Shown here: piece by piece, positions 8,303 through 18,967 of the stretch
How the letters are laid out: each line of letters begins with the position of its first letter
How positions within the stretch are numbered: the first letter of the stretch is position 1
Source of the DNA: Candidatus Kerfeldbacteria bacterium RIFCSPLOWO2_02_FULL_42_19
GTDB taxonomy: Bacteria; Patescibacteriota; Patescibacteriia; HO2-48-17
NCBI GenBank assembly: GCA_001818315.1
Contig: MHKF01000010.1
Coordinates: 3,853 to 67,852 of the forward strand
Reading direction: 5' to 3'
DNA length: 64,000 nt
Notes under the pieces: model-generated
The model's database searches: none
What the model was told of the DNA's origin: nothing
Seen by the model: the letters and a program-made list of their open reading frames with translations, nothing else
Made by a program: the position numbers and the translations under genes

Positions 8303-9229
8303 TCATCTCACTTCAGAAAGAAACCACGAAAAAGTTCGATGGATACCTTCCTCTAAACTCACGCGAGGCTTCCATCCAAGATCGCTTTGAATACGAGTAC
8401 AATCCAATGCACTACGCAATTGATCTCCTAAGATACCGGCGGTGTGTTTTGGTGTGATCGAAACTCCCGCGACACGAGAAAGATACTGAATAATTTCAAG
8501 TAACGATGTCTCTTTTCCTGTGCCGACATTATAACAACCGGTATATTGACTATCATACGCCAACAGGAACGCATCAATAGCATCACTCACAAACATATAA
8601 TCTCGAGTCTGATGACCGGCACCATAAATCACAGGTTGTTCATCCTTGATAATCTTCTGACTAAAAATAGCAACCACACCCGATTCCCCGCCGGGATCCT
8701 GACGCGGGCCATAGACGTTCGCGAATCGCAATGAAAGAGTCTGTAAACCATGTGTCTGCCTAAAAAAATCCAGATAGTGCTCCGCCGTCAATTTTGAGAG
8801 AGCATACGGCGAAATTGGTTGTGGCGGATACGATTCTGGTGTCGGAATAATCTTTGCATCGCCATACATCACTCCGCCAGTAGACGCAAAGATACATTTT
8901 CGTACTCCGTATTGTACGCACATCTGCAAGATGTTCAGACTCCCCAAAATGTTTATATCCGCATCGATGTGAGGGTTGTCAACTGAAAATCGAACATTCT
9001 TTTGACCCGCAAGATGGAACACTGTATCAATATCATGTGCTTGAAAAATCTCCTCGATATCGTTCCAACGAATATCTTTCTGAAAAAGTAATGCTTGTTT
9101 GTGAATATGCGTCCGCTTCCCAGTCGAAAGATCATCGAGAATGAGTACTCGATAATGACGCGCAATACACGCATCAACTAAATAAGACCCTATAAAACCA
9201 GCGCCGCCAGTAATAAGTACCGTTTGCAT
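8303..9229 (-). CDS. NAD-dependent sugar epimerase/dehydratase (extended SDR family)
   Basis: N-terminal TGGAGFIGS Rossmann motif and catalytic PYALSK (YxxxK); about 308 aa. Confidence 0.85.
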   Translation of the reverse strand: MQTVLITGGAGFIGSYLVDACIARHYRVLILDDLSTGKRTHIHKQALLFQKDIRWNDIEEIFQAHDIDTVFHLAGQKNVRFSVDNPHIDADINILGSLNILQMCVQYGVRKCIFASTGGVMYGDAKIIPTPESYPPQPISPYALSKLTAEHYLDFFRQTHGLQTLSLRFANVYGPRQDPGGESGVVAIFSQKIIKDEQPVIYGAGHQTRDYMFVSDAIDAFLLAYDSQYTGCYNVGTGKETSLLEIIQYLSRVAGVSITPKHTAGILGDQLRSALDCTRIQSDLGWKPRVSLEEGIHRTFSWFLSEVR

Positions 9230-9256
9230 AATAAGGAATAGAGATAGTACTTGTGC

Positions 9257-9964
9257 TCAAACCGCAGGCTCAATCACGGTAAAAGTTTGAAGCAGCGCAT
9301 CAATCAATTTTTGCTGGAGCGCATACGTCTCGGGTGAAGAAGCGCGTGCGGTGATCGCATACACATCTTTTCCACTATCGACATACGTTGTGGTGCTATA
9401 TCCATACTCATATTCCGGATCACGTGGATCGTTCTCAACTTGCTGTACTGCTGGTTTACCTTGAATCACCAACGGCTGCACATTGGAAACCTCACTGAAT
9501 TTTGATTTTTCAGCAATAATGTCCTCAAAAGTTTGATCATTCTTGGGAGTAAGTTCAATTACGAAAGTAAGGAGATCACTCGTGATATTACTAAACTCAG
9601 ATCGCGGAAGACGGCTAAGATACTCAATATCCGTCGATCGCTCCTCGAGATCAGTATAAAAATCAGATCCTGTCCAAGCGTCCCATCCTTGAGGATACTG
9701 CAGAGTGTAATCCATCTGTTTACTCTTGAACGTCTGCCAATTTTCTGAATTCTGTTCCTGAGCAACGGTCTGAGTAAGCTTTGTGAAATCCGCAGTATTA
9801 GTCGCTGTTTGATTTGTTTGAATTTGATTCGTAGCAGGAATCTCATTCGTATTCGACAAATTTACAACATTTGCATTCTTACGAATACATCCAGTGAAAA
9901 AAAGACTGAGGCCGAAAAATGCAATGGAAAAAACCCATTGTCGTGCATGTTTATTTTGATACAT
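9257..9964 (-). CDS. secreted/lipoprotein, unknown function
   Basis: Signal peptide with LFFTGC lipobox-like sequence; Asn/Thr-rich linker. Confidence 0.5.
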   Translation of the reverse strand: MYQNKHARQWVFSIAFFGLSLFFTGCIRKNANVVNLSNTNEIPATNQIQTNQTATNTADFTKLTQTVAQEQNSENWQTFKSKQMDYTLQYPQGWDAWTGSDFYTDLEERSTDIEYLSRLPRSEFSNITSDLLTFVIELTPKNDQTFEDIIAEKSKFSEVSNVQPLVIQGKPAVQQVENDPRDPEYEYGYSTTTYVDSGKDVYAITARASSPETYALQQKLIDALLQTFTVIEPAV

Positions 9965-10109
9965 AAAAAGAAATAAATGTTAATTGTGAAGCATGAATGA
10001 ATTGTAACAAAAAGCTGAAAGAAAACCAACAGAATACGCGGAATTCAAACACAGAACTTTATGAAGCAAAAGTAGATCGCACCAAATCAAGAAGTAACAA
10101 TTTCCGAAA

Positions 10110-12497
10110 ATGTTCGATTGCGTTATACTGTACGTAGAAAAACAAAAAAATCTTCACCATCAAACTATGCACGCGAGTACGAAAAAAGGGATGATCATTA
10201 TCGGAGCAGCATTTTTAGGCATCATCGCTGCTGTTTTTATTTTCTTTCTTTCTACAGACGCTGTTACTGGCACCGTACGAGACCTCAGCGGCCAAACGAT
10301 CGCAGGCGCAAAAATTAAAGGTGGTTTACGAGAAGCAACAACCGATGCACAGGGACGCTTCGAAACTTGGGTGACCGAAGGTACAGAAGAACTTACGGCA
10401 GAATACAACAGTGAGATAACAACTATCGCCTTAGAAAGAGATCCGGACAAACAAAAAATCGCGAAAGAAACTACGGCGCCAAAGATTACGGATGTTTTTG
10501 AAAGTGAGGACGAGGCATTCCAAGGATTAAATCCGGAAGAAGTCGACCTCATCCGTGAAGAAATCAACAATGGATATATTCCAGAACCGCAAAATGCAAC
10601 TCCACAGGATTCAGAAGCAATGAATATTACAATCCCCTCACTTCCCGACGACATCAAACTTCCACCACCCGTAGATCCGAACGCCTTTATCATCAATGAA
10701 AATGGACTGGAAGTTGTGCCGGGAGAAATCCTCGTAGGTTGGAAACAAGGCACCACAGAAGAGGAACGCAAGGAGCAAGTGCAAAACGTCGGTGCAGCAA
10801 TGCGTTTTGATGATCCACAGGGACTGACGAGCATCCTCTATATTGAGGATCAGCAGCAAGTGAAAACGGTAGTGCAGAAACTCGAAAAATCTGAACTTGT
10901 CCTAGGCGCTATGGAAAATTTTAAACTCGAAACTGACGCTGCGCCGAACGACCCCGATTGGAAAGACAAAAATAAAAACTGGTGGCTGCGAAAGCTCAAT
11001 GCAGAACCTCTCTGGGCAGGAACAACAGGTCGGAGCAATGTTATTGTCGCGGTCATTGATGTCGGATTTCAATTAAGTCATCCCGATCTCGCAAGCGCAT
11101 TCACAAAAGCAAATCTCAACTATACCACAGGCCTAATAACAGACACACCGAGGCACGGCACGCACGTTTCTGGTATCATTGCGGCGCGAAAAGACAACGG
11201 GCAAGGGCTTGCAGGCATCGCGCCAAGAGTGCGCGTACTACCAATACGATTGTATGATTTCGCACGACTCCCGGCAGTCTATACAACACTTGCCCAATAC
11301 CCACAAATTCGCATCGCGACAATGTCTATGGGTTGGAACTGGAGGAAAAAAAATAAGAATCGTGTTACTAACGGGAAAGCCGTACTCACAAACGCGCAGA
11401 TGCAAGCATACACCGATACATATGATCGAATCATCCGAAAATCGTTCCTGCAATATTATCGCGCCGGAGGCGTGATGTGTAAATCAGCTGGAAACGATTT
11501 TGGCCTTGATGCTCGTCTCAATCTCCTGAACTACGCAGAAGTAATTACGGTCGGTGCGAGTGAATCCACTGGGACACTAACGAATTTTTCAAACATCGGA
11601 CCGAAAGTCGACATCATCGCTCCCGGAAGAAATATTTGGGCACCGCTCCCGCCCAGCACATACGGCTATCTCTCTGGAACATCTATGGCAACACCAACCG
11701 TATGCGGAACGGTTGCAAGTATACGCTCAGTGCGTCCTAATTTCGGCGCACTCCTCATTAAACGTATCTTAACGTATTCTGGCTCTCACGAATCAGTGAA
11801 ATCCGCATCTGGATATCCGCATCTTGATTCGTGGCGTGCAGTTTTGCGGGCAACGAATCATTTTGGCGCGAAAGGAGATCTTATTGATGAAGGGTTTACA
11901 CCGCTCAAAAATGCGCAAATCACAACGCGTCCAACGCAGTGGAACGTGCTCAGTAACAATGAAGGTGAATTTGTACTCCCCTTTCTTAAACGACAAACAT
12001 ATACGCTCAACATCCAAAAAGACAAGTTGAAAAGCAAACATACGCTTACATCCCCGCCTGTGAAAGGCGATGAAGTCGTGGATCTTTTGCTCATGGTAGA
12101 AGGTGAAGACGAAGAAACAAATGAAAACACAAACACCGACGCGAATGAAAATACGAGTAGCAGTGAAAATGTAAATACGGATGCAGGAAACACGAATGGC
12201 AGCGATAGCCAAGGGAGCGACGGCGCTGAATCAACTGAAGAAAATCAGACGTTACCTAACGGCATTGTCGTATCTCCTGAAGGCTGCGCCGTGTCTGGAT
12301 TTACTCTTCCACCAGCAGAAGGAGACTGCGCGCCAGGATTTTACTTTTCACGAGAAACCATTGCGTGCGAACAAATAACATGTCCGGAAGGCGTTGGACG
12401 AACCTACACATTAGAATGCAAGTGTCCGGAAGGGACTTCAGCTGTTCATGCCTGCGGATCAGGATATGTTGTCGCGTGCGTTCCATCAAAACCATAA
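10110..12497 (+). CDS. subtilisin-like serine protease (peptidase S8) with N-terminal anchor, carboxypeptidase-regulatory-like domain and Cys-rich C-terminus
   Basis: Catalytic triad contexts VIAVIDVGF (Asp), HGTHVSGIIAA (His), GTSMATP (Ser). The true start may be the internal Met MHASTKKGMIIIGAAFLGII at about 10167. Confidence 0.85.
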   Translation: MFDCVILYVEKQKNLHHQTMHASTKKGMIIIGAAFLGIIAAVFIFFLSTDAVTGTVRDLSGQTIAGAKIKGGLREATTDAQGRFETWVTEGTEELTAEYNSEITTIALERDPDKQKIAKETTAPKITDVFESEDEAFQGLNPEEVDLIREEINNGYIPEPQNATPQDSEAMNITIPSLPDDIKLPPPVDPNAFIINENGLEVVPGEILVGWKQGTTEEERKEQVQNVGAAMRFDDPQGLTSILYIEDQQQVKTVVQKLEKSELVLGAMENFKLETDAAPNDPDWKDKNKNWWLRKLNAEPLWAGTTGRSNVIVAVIDVGFQLSHPDLASAFTKANLNYTTGLITDTPRHGTHVSGIIAARKDNGQGLAGIAPRVRVLPIRLYDFARLPAVYTTLAQYPQIRIATMSMGWNWRKKNKNRVTNGKAVLTNAQMQAYTDTYDRIIRKSFLQYYRAGGVMCKSAGNDFGLDARLNLLNYAEVITVGASESTGTLTNFSNIGPKVDIIAPGRNIWAPLPPSTYGYLSGTSMATPTVCGTVASIRSVRPNFGALLIKRILTYSGSHESVKSASGYPHLDSWRAVLRATNHFGAKGDLIDEGFTPLKNAQITTRPTQWNVLSNNEGEFVLPFLKRQTYTLNIQKDKLKSKHTLTSPPVKGDEVVDLLLMVEGEDEETNENTNTDANENTSSSENVNTDAGNTNGSDSQGSDGAESTEENQTLPNGIVVSPEGCAVSGFTLPPAEGDCAPGFYFSRETIACEQITCPEGVGRTYTLECKCPEGTSAVHACGSGYVVACVPSKP

Positions 12498-12500
12498 TAT

Positions 12501-13382
12501 ATGCCAACAAAAAAAATAACAACTGACGAAAAAACAACGTCACAAGAAAGTGACGAACAAAAAATCAACACACAAGAAAATAAACAAAAGATCCGCTGGT
12601 GGAAGACGATCATCATGAGCGTCGTTGTTTTTCTTATCTTCACAGGTCTCACCTTTCTCAGTCTTAAAATATTTTCAGATGAAGGCGAATTTTCGTTTTT
12701 AGAAAAATGGGAGTTATTTCAAAAAACAAGTGAAGCACAGCAAATTCAAATCGACGACGAGGTGTCAAATATCAACGTAAATAAAGAAGAACTTGAAGAG
12801 GAAGCACGTGAACTTGAAAATGACTCAACTGAAAAAAACACAAACACGAACGCGGGTACCGATACAACGCTCAACACAAATACAAACCAAAACATAAACA
12901 GCGCCAAGAAACAAAAAACATCCAACAAAACATTTACGAGCCAAGTCATACCCATCTCATTCAAATATCCCGCAAACTGGTCTCTTTGGGAAGGAAGTAG
13001 TCCATTATCAAATTTTGTACAGATGGGAGATTACGTACCACAAGATTCCGACGCATTTGCGGATCGTGTTCCTGGACACAAACTGGAACTCACGATGCAA
13101 ACGAAGCCGCTAGAACTTACGCTCACGGCATGGATCGCCCAGATGGATGAGCTTGTTGCGATAACACCGAATCTTACCGACACAGAAGTCAATGGCTTTC
13201 CAGCAAAAATCGATACGCAAGAATATGCTATTTCGGTGGCTCAATCAGTCTACATACCCTTAGGTGATGAAACGGATCGGGTTATTATTATATCGCTCTA
13301 CGGCCCAGAAACTAATCCTGCAGAAACCACGCTACTAATCGAAAGCTTTCTTGAAACAATCAAAATTGGTAAAGTGCAATAA
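12501..13382 (+). CDS. membrane-anchored protein, unknown function; probably co-transcribed with the S8 protease
   Basis: Starts 4 nt after the protease stop; single TM segment (IIMSVVVFLIFTGLTFLSL); Asn/Thr-rich region. Confidence 0.5.
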   Translation: MPTKKITTDEKTTSQESDEQKINTQENKQKIRWWKTIIMSVVVFLIFTGLTFLSLKIFSDEGEFSFLEKWELFQKTSEAQQIQIDDEVSNINVNKEELEEEARELENDSTEKNTNTNAGTDTTLNTNTNQNINSAKKQKTSNKTFTSQVIPISFKYPANWSLWEGSSPLSNFVQMGDYVPQDSDAFADRVPGHKLELTMQTKPLELTLTAWIAQMDELVAITPNLTDTEVNGFPAKIDTQEYAISVAQSVYIPLGDETDRVIIISLYGPETNPAETTLLIESFLETIKIGKVQ

Positions 13383-13392
13383 ATCTCTCAGT

Positions 13393-15234
13393 TCAACCTT
13401 CATTACCGCGCAACCGAGCCTTGCGTGCGGCAAGTTCAGTGAGATACACTTTGCGGATGCGTACACTCTTTGGCGTCACTTCTACAAGCTCATCATCACC
13501 GATATATTCTAACGCGTCTTCTAAACCCATCTGTCGTGGGGTTCGAAAATGTTCATCACTCCCCTCGCCCTTTGAGCGCATGTTGGTCAATCGTTTCGTC
13601 TTACAAACATTCACTCGCAAATCTCCCGGTCGCGAATGTTGCCCTACAACTCGTCCTTCGTATATGGAAACTCCCGGACCAACAAACAACACACCTCGAT
13701 CCTGGACATTGAGCAAGCCATACATATTCGTTACACCGCTCTCAAACGCAACAAGCGATCCCTGATCGCGTTCACGCCAATTGCCTGGATCAACACGAAA
13801 ATCTTCAAAGATAGTATTGATGATCCCAAGACCACGCGTATCAGTAAGAAATACCGTGCGATACCCAAATAGCCCACGGGTTGGAATCAGAAATTCTAAA
13901 AACACAGTAGCATGCTCGGCGTGTGCATCCATAACTTCCGTACGCATATCTGTCATTTCACCACGTCTCACACCGAGTTTTTGAATGACAATACCCGAAT
14001 AAGCCTCTGACACTTCGACGAAAACTCGCTCATACGGGGTCAACGTCTTTCCATGCGATTGCTTCGTGATCACCTGCGGCCTCGAAACCTGAAATTCATA
14101 ACCTTCCCGACGCAACCTTTCAATCAATATCGCCAAATGCAGTTCACCCCGACCGGCAATATTCCAACGCCCGTCGGGAATCGTTTCAACACGCAAAGCC
14201 ATATCGGTTTCAAGTTCCCTAAAAAGTCGCTCCTGAATCTGCCGCGAAGTCGCAAACTGTCCTTCCTTGCCGGCAAAAGGAGAATCATTCACGCTGATCG
14301 TCATTTTCACGGTCGGTTCTTCGATATCCAAAAGCGGCAACGCTTCCGGATGATCCACAGACGCGATCGTTTCTCCAATATTCACGTCTGCAATGCCAGC
14401 GACTGCAGCAATATCACCAGCCGGAACCTCAGTAACTTCAACGCGATTGAGGCCAGCAAAATGCATCACCGAAAGCAAACGACACTTTTTCATGACACCC
14501 GTACGGTTGATATGCATCACATCATTCCCGGCACGCAGTACACCGTTATACACAGGCCCAGTCGCAATACGACCCTTAAAACTATCATAGCCGATATTCG
14601 TCACAAGCATCTGCATTGGTTTCTCCGAATCACCTGCGGAGGCCGGTATATATTTTACGATGGCTTCAAAGAGCGGAGTAACGTCCTGCATTGTAGAGAG
14701 GTCTGACGTAAGACCCGCCTTACCGAGTTTCCCAGCAGCATAAATCACAGGAAAATCAGCAGTAGCGTCATCCGCACCTAATTCCAAAAAAAGATCAAAC
14801 GTTTTATTTAACACAAAATCACAGCGCGCGTCAGGTTTATCAATCTTGTTGATCACAACGATAATTTTGTGATGCAACTGTAAAGCTTTTTTGAGCACAA
14901 ACCTTGTTTGCGGCATTGGACCTTCTTTCGCGTCAACGAGGAGTATCGACCCCTCAGCCATTTTTAAAACGCGCTCTACCTCACCGCCGAAATCGGCATG
15001 CCCAGGAGTATCAATAATATTCAACTTCGTATCGCCCCACTGCACAGCTGCGTTCTTTGAAAAAATAGTAATGCCGCGTTCGCGCTCCAATTCGTTGCTG
15101 TCCATAATGAGCTCGCGACCGGCGACATCTTTATCCAATTGCACACGCGATTGACGCAACAGGGCATCCACCAAAGTAGTTTTCCCATGGTCAACGTGAG
15201 CGATAATGGCGATGTTACGTATATTTTGCGGCAT
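13393..15234 (-). CDS. typA: translational GTPase TypA/BipA
   Basis: MPQNIRNIAIIAHVDHGKTTLVDALL G1 motif; DTPGHADF; EF-G-like domain architecture. Start placed at the internal Met preceding the G domain. Confidence 0.9.
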   Translation of the reverse strand: MPQNIRNIAIIAHVDHGKTTLVDALLRQSRVQLDKDVAGRELIMDSNELERERGITIFSKNAAVQWGDTKLNIIDTPGHADFGGEVERVLKMAEGSILLVDAKEGPMPQTRFVLKKALQLHHKIIVVINKIDKPDARCDFVLNKTFDLFLELGADDATADFPVIYAAGKLGKAGLTSDLSTMQDVTPLFEAIVKYIPASAGDSEKPMQMLVTNIGYDSFKGRIATGPVYNGVLRAGNDVMHINRTGVMKKCRLLSVMHFAGLNRVEVTEVPAGDIAAVAGIADVNIGETIASVDHPEALPLLDIEEPTVKMTISVNDSPFAGKEGQFATSRQIQERLFRELETDMALRVETIPDGRWNIAGRGELHLAILIERLRREGYEFQVSRPQVITKQSHGKTLTPYERVFVEVSEAYSGIVIQKLGVRRGEMTDMRTEVMDAHAEHATVFLEFLIPTRGLFGYRTVFLTDTRGLGIINTIFEDFRVDPGNWRERDQGSLVAFESGVTNMYGLLNVQDRGVLFVGPGVSIYEGRVVGQHSRPGDLRVNVCKTKRLTNMRSKGEGSDEHFRTPRQMGLEDALEYIGDDELVEVTPKSVRIRKVYLTELAARKARLRGNEG

Positions 15235-15462
15235 ATATTCAGTGGAAAATAATACTTTGAAGTGAAACCGCGAAAAGACAAGTATCACTTCGCGTATTGA
15301 AAAACGCTGCTCACTATAAACTTAAAGCAGCGAAAAGATACATATAAAATACCCTAAACGGATGAGTTTGTCAAAAAATTTTTGAGTAGACACAAAATAA
15401 TTCTCTCGATATGATATATTCGTAAAAATAAGACGCACTCCTGAATCAATTTAATTCCAGCT

Positions 15463-15909
15463 ATGAGAATCCATATTCGGAAAATAGAAAAAAATGATCG
15501 AAACGAATGGCTGCGCATGCGATACGCACTGTGGCCGAGTCATTCAAAAAAAGTACATCACGATGAAGTAGTTGAAATTATAAAACATCCGCAAGAAAAT
15601 ATCGTCTTTGTGGCAGAGACGAGCGATCATAAATTGGTCGGTTTTCTTGAAGTTTCGCTCCGTGAATACGCTCCGGGATGTCATCACCAGCCAGTAGGAT
15701 ATCTAGAAGGTTGGTATGTAAGATCTTCCTTTCGGAATCAGGGCATCGGAAAAAAGCTCGTCCAAGAGGCAGAAAAATGGACAAGACAAAAAGGTTGTAA
15801 AGAAATAGCATCTGACACGCCAGTTAAAAATATAAAAAGTACTCGCGCGCACAAAGCACTTGGATTTAAAAAAGAAGATGCCCTGGTGCACTTTTGGAAA
15901 AAATTGTGA
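15463..15909 (+). CDS. GNAT acetyltransferase resembling aminoglycoside 6'-N-acetyltransferase AAC(6')-I
   Basis: GNAT motif RNQGIGKKL. Recalled AAC(6')-Iy-type signatures are present: WLRMRYALWP near the N-terminus, YLEG, KGCKEIASDT, KALGFK. About 148 aa. Confidence 0.6.
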   Translation: MRIHIRKIEKNDRNEWLRMRYALWPSHSKKVHHDEVVEIIKHPQENIVFVAETSDHKLVGFLEVSLREYAPGCHHQPVGYLEGWYVRSSFRNQGIGKKLVQEAEKWTRQKGCKEIASDTPVKNIKSTRAHKALGFKKEDALVHFWKKL

Positions 15910-16066
15910 AGATGGGAGGAAAAATGACAGAAAAAAGTAAGTCCCAACCATTGCTTTCAGCGATTGCGATGTGTGAAACATGCAAACTTGCTGCAGCAAA
16001 AATTGGGACTCTTAGAGACTAAAGAACGAAACGACTGCTCATAGCAGAAGCGGCGTGTGTGCAGGA

Positions 16067-17371
16067 TCAGGAAATGATAGCCGTATCCTCCTGAATCAAC
16101 GGCGGACCGTCGTGACACAGAACGAGGCCTTCATGGGCTTGCACCCAGCGTATGAGCCAGAGCGTCGAAATATCACACACCTCGCGGCGTTCCGCAAGGA
16201 GCAGGAGCTCGTCAAGAGTAAACCAGGTGACGTTCTTATAGGCCGGCTCTATAACGACACGCCCTACCACGAGACCGGTAAGCGCCGAGACGTACGTATG
16301 AAACTCTTTGCTCAACATGATCTTGCTGCGTTCCTGATCCGGAAGCTGTGCCACATTCGACACACTCGCGCGAGGCGCGATGAAAACAGTTGCACCTCCG
16401 TTACCCGGCCGGTTCCACGCCGTGAGACCAACTTCTACGTGGCCATCAACAACCCGTACCGGCAACTGTACTTCACCAACCGGCTTCTCGCAGTCCGCCT
16501 CGGTGTACACGACTGCTTCCTCGAAGACGCCGGGAAACTCGAGCGCCTCACCGTTCATATCACAGGTCACGATCTTCACTGTAAAAAACCGACCATCCTT
16601 GTGCGCGAAACCTGCTCGCCGCACCCGCCAATCCGTTGTTCGACTCGACACTCCCGAACGGAACACAGCCGGCTTCCCACGCGCCTCGAGCTCCACGAGC
16701 TTCCTCGCAAACTCAGACCGATCCAAGCGCGGAGTCCATAAACCATCCGTAAAGATACCGTAACGACCGCCCTGCACAAGACACAACAACGAAAGGAGTT
16801 CAGCCGTCCGCACCGCCTCGTTCTCAATGAGCGCTCCGATCTCATCAAACCTGAACCAAATCATGTCCGATGGATCGTAATGCTCGTCCACCTGCACGAC
16901 ACGATACTCGTAGAGGCCAGTGAGACGCGCCAAGTTCGGTGCGTGCTGTCCTGCGAAGAGCAACGTACCGTTCGGCAGCTCATCCCGGTACAGCCAATCC
17001 TGAGTCACGGGACGCAAGAGAGGCTTACCGAAGGCACCGAAAGGGTTCCCACGAAACAGCCCGAACTCCCATTGCTTCTCTCCATCTCCATCTTCCGCAA
17101 TACACCGACACGGAAGCACCTGCACACCACACATGGAACCCCACGGATCAGCACCGTACCCAAGACCTCCGGACAGATCGAGCAAGCCCGCCATATAGGG
17201 CTCCCGCACGAACCAGCCCGAAGGATGTTGACCTTGCGTATCCGAATCCTCCCAGTACAATCCCTCTTTAGTGAGAGTGTACCGAGAACCGGATAGGTCC
17301 TCTCGAGGGACATACTCGGCTCGCGCATTCCCAAGGAACGCACGAACCTTTGCATCAACCTCTAAAGTCAT
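16067..17371 (-). CDS. putative NDP-hexose 2,3-dehydratase-like protein (tentative), GC-rich
   Basis: ATG at 17371 has an AAGGAG SD. About 434 aa; the family call rests on size and on recalled similarity to EvaA/TylX3-type proteins. GC clearly higher than the genome background. Confidence 0.35.
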   Translation of the reverse strand: MTLEVDAKVRAFLGNARAEYVPREDLSGSRYTLTKEGLYWEDSDTQGQHPSGWFVREPYMAGLLDLSGGLGYGADPWGSMCGVQVLPCRCIAEDGDGEKQWEFGLFRGNPFGAFGKPLLRPVTQDWLYRDELPNGTLLFAGQHAPNLARLTGLYEYRVVQVDEHYDPSDMIWFRFDEIGALIENEAVRTAELLSLLCLVQGGRYGIFTDGLWTPRLDRSEFARKLVELEARGKPAVFRSGVSSRTTDWRVRRAGFAHKDGRFFTVKIVTCDMNGEALEFPGVFEEAVVYTEADCEKPVGEVQLPVRVVDGHVEVGLTAWNRPGNGGATVFIAPRASVSNVAQLPDQERSKIMLSKEFHTYVSALTGLVVGRVVIEPAYKNVTWFTLDELLLLAERREVCDISTLWLIRWVQAHEGLVLCHDGPPLIQEDTAIIS

Positions 17372-17685
17372 GATCCTACTCCTTGCACGCCTTTTGCTTG
17401 ATACACAAAAAAACGTGGAGTAGCACGCAGAACTCATCCATACCAGATTCAGCGACTTGCGTCTGCCGATCAAAAAGCTGGTGGAGATATACTCAACCTG
17501 CACTTCAACCACGAAGCACAGGCTTTTCTATCACTGCGTGAAAATGTACGAAAAAGTATCAGTATTGAAGACCAAACACCGCCATTTGTCAAACCAAGTG
17601 CAAAACACACCAACCCTCGTACAAACCAAACAAGACGCATAACAAAACTAAGCTTGGCAAAAAAGCGCGAACATAAATGTTAGTT

Positions 17686-18774
17686 TTACACAACTCGATC
17701 TTCCACGACGAAAAAATTTTTGAGAAATGTTTTGATCGTGTCCATATCCTTCAACGAAGCAGACTCCGTATATTCATGAGCATGATAATATCCCGAACCA
17801 AGAGGGACGCATCGAATCCCCTTCGTATTAAAAACATTCGCATCGGAACCGCCATAGGTTGAAAAATAATTGGGTGTGAGATGCATACGTTTGAAAGTCT
17901 CCTCGAGTCGTTCAAAAAGCGAGTGTTTTCGTTCAAGCTTGTATCCCTCAAATTCAAAGGTACTTTGAAAATGACATTGCCCACCGTACTTTTTTGCAGT
18001 GTCCTCAAATACCTGTTGCACTCGTGCTGCCTCTGAAAGCACAAGTTGCGTATCATAGCTTCTCATTTCGCCAATTAACTCAGCTCTACCTGGGACGCTG
18101 TTCACGGCCGTGCCTGATTTGAAAATACCAATATTCCACGTGACGCCTTTCGTGCTATAACCGCAAGGAATTTGATGTAACGCCTCGCACGCGACCTGAA
18201 GCGCATTCACTCCTTTTTCTGGCTCGCGAGGATGCACAATTTTTCCAATAATATCAATCATAATACGCACAAATGTTGGGGCTTGCGTAACGACTTGCGT
18301 GACCGGTCCATCTTCATCCAACACAAGTCCCATTTTTGACTGCACTAAAGAATAGTCCAAAGCCGCAGCGCCAAGGAGTCCGCGTTCTTCGCCACGCGTT
18401 AAAACAATTTCTATGGGACGATATGCTTTATTTTCTGCCTGTATTTCATCAAGTAACTCCAAAATTACCGCAAGTCCAGTTTTTGGATCAGCGCCAAGTA
18501 TGTTCGTTCCATCTGCTGAAATGCGCGTACCATCAATAAAATATTTCACGTTTGGCGCGGGTTCCGGAATATCAAGATGAGTTGAGATCATAGTAGGTTC
18601 ACCCTCACCGGCTCTTTTGGCGATAATATTTTTAAACTGGTCCAATTGCCATGGAATTTTCGCTGCATCAAGTCTACGAGTGACATAACGAATGATCTCT
18701 TCTTCATGGGGATACACTTCATTGATCGCAATGAGTTCAAGAAAAGTTTTTTTGAGTCGTTCGATGGATGACAT
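17686..18774 (-). CDS. M20 family metallopeptidase (peptidase T-like)
   Basis: THLDIPEP metal-binding region; EERGLLGAAAL; about 362 aa, as in M20B. Confidence 0.6.
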   Translation of the reverse strand: MSSIERLKKTFLELIAINEVYPHEEEIIRYVTRRLDAAKIPWQLDQFKNIIAKRAGEGEPTMISTHLDIPEPAPNVKYFIDGTRISADGTNILGADPKTGLAVILELLDEIQAENKAYRPIEIVLTRGEERGLLGAAALDYSLVQSKMGLVLDEDGPVTQVVTQAPTFVRIMIDIIGKIVHPREPEKGVNALQVACEALHQIPCGYSTKGVTWNIGIFKSGTAVNSVPGRAELIGEMRSYDTQLVLSEAARVQQVFEDTAKKYGGQCHFQSTFEFEGYKLERKHSLFERLEETFKRMHLTPNYFSTYGGSDANVFNTKGIRCVPLGSGYYHAHEYTESASLKDMDTIKTFLKNFFVVEDRVV

Positions 18775-18967
18775 GTTGATCTTGAAAAAAATAAGTGAAA
18801 AGAGATGATGGAATATCTATTTTCATTTACTTTTTTCTAAAAAACGATGAGGATGGACGAGCTTTGTTGTGTAGCAAAACTCGTCCATCAGATACAAGCA
18901 GTAAAAGGTCAAAATTTCAAAGTCAGGATCAGGAGTTCACATGTTCGCGAGTTTAGCGCATGGTCCG

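Noticed and set aside
10160-10834. 224-aa minus-strand ORF
   Set aside because: Lies entirely antisense within the S8 protease gene, which has clear catalytic motifs.
14053-14706. 217-aa plus-strand ORF
   Set aside because: Antisense within typA.
16055-16763. 228-aa and 127-aa plus-strand ORFs
   Set aside because: Antisense within the GC-rich dehydratase-like gene. High GC inflates spurious ORF length.
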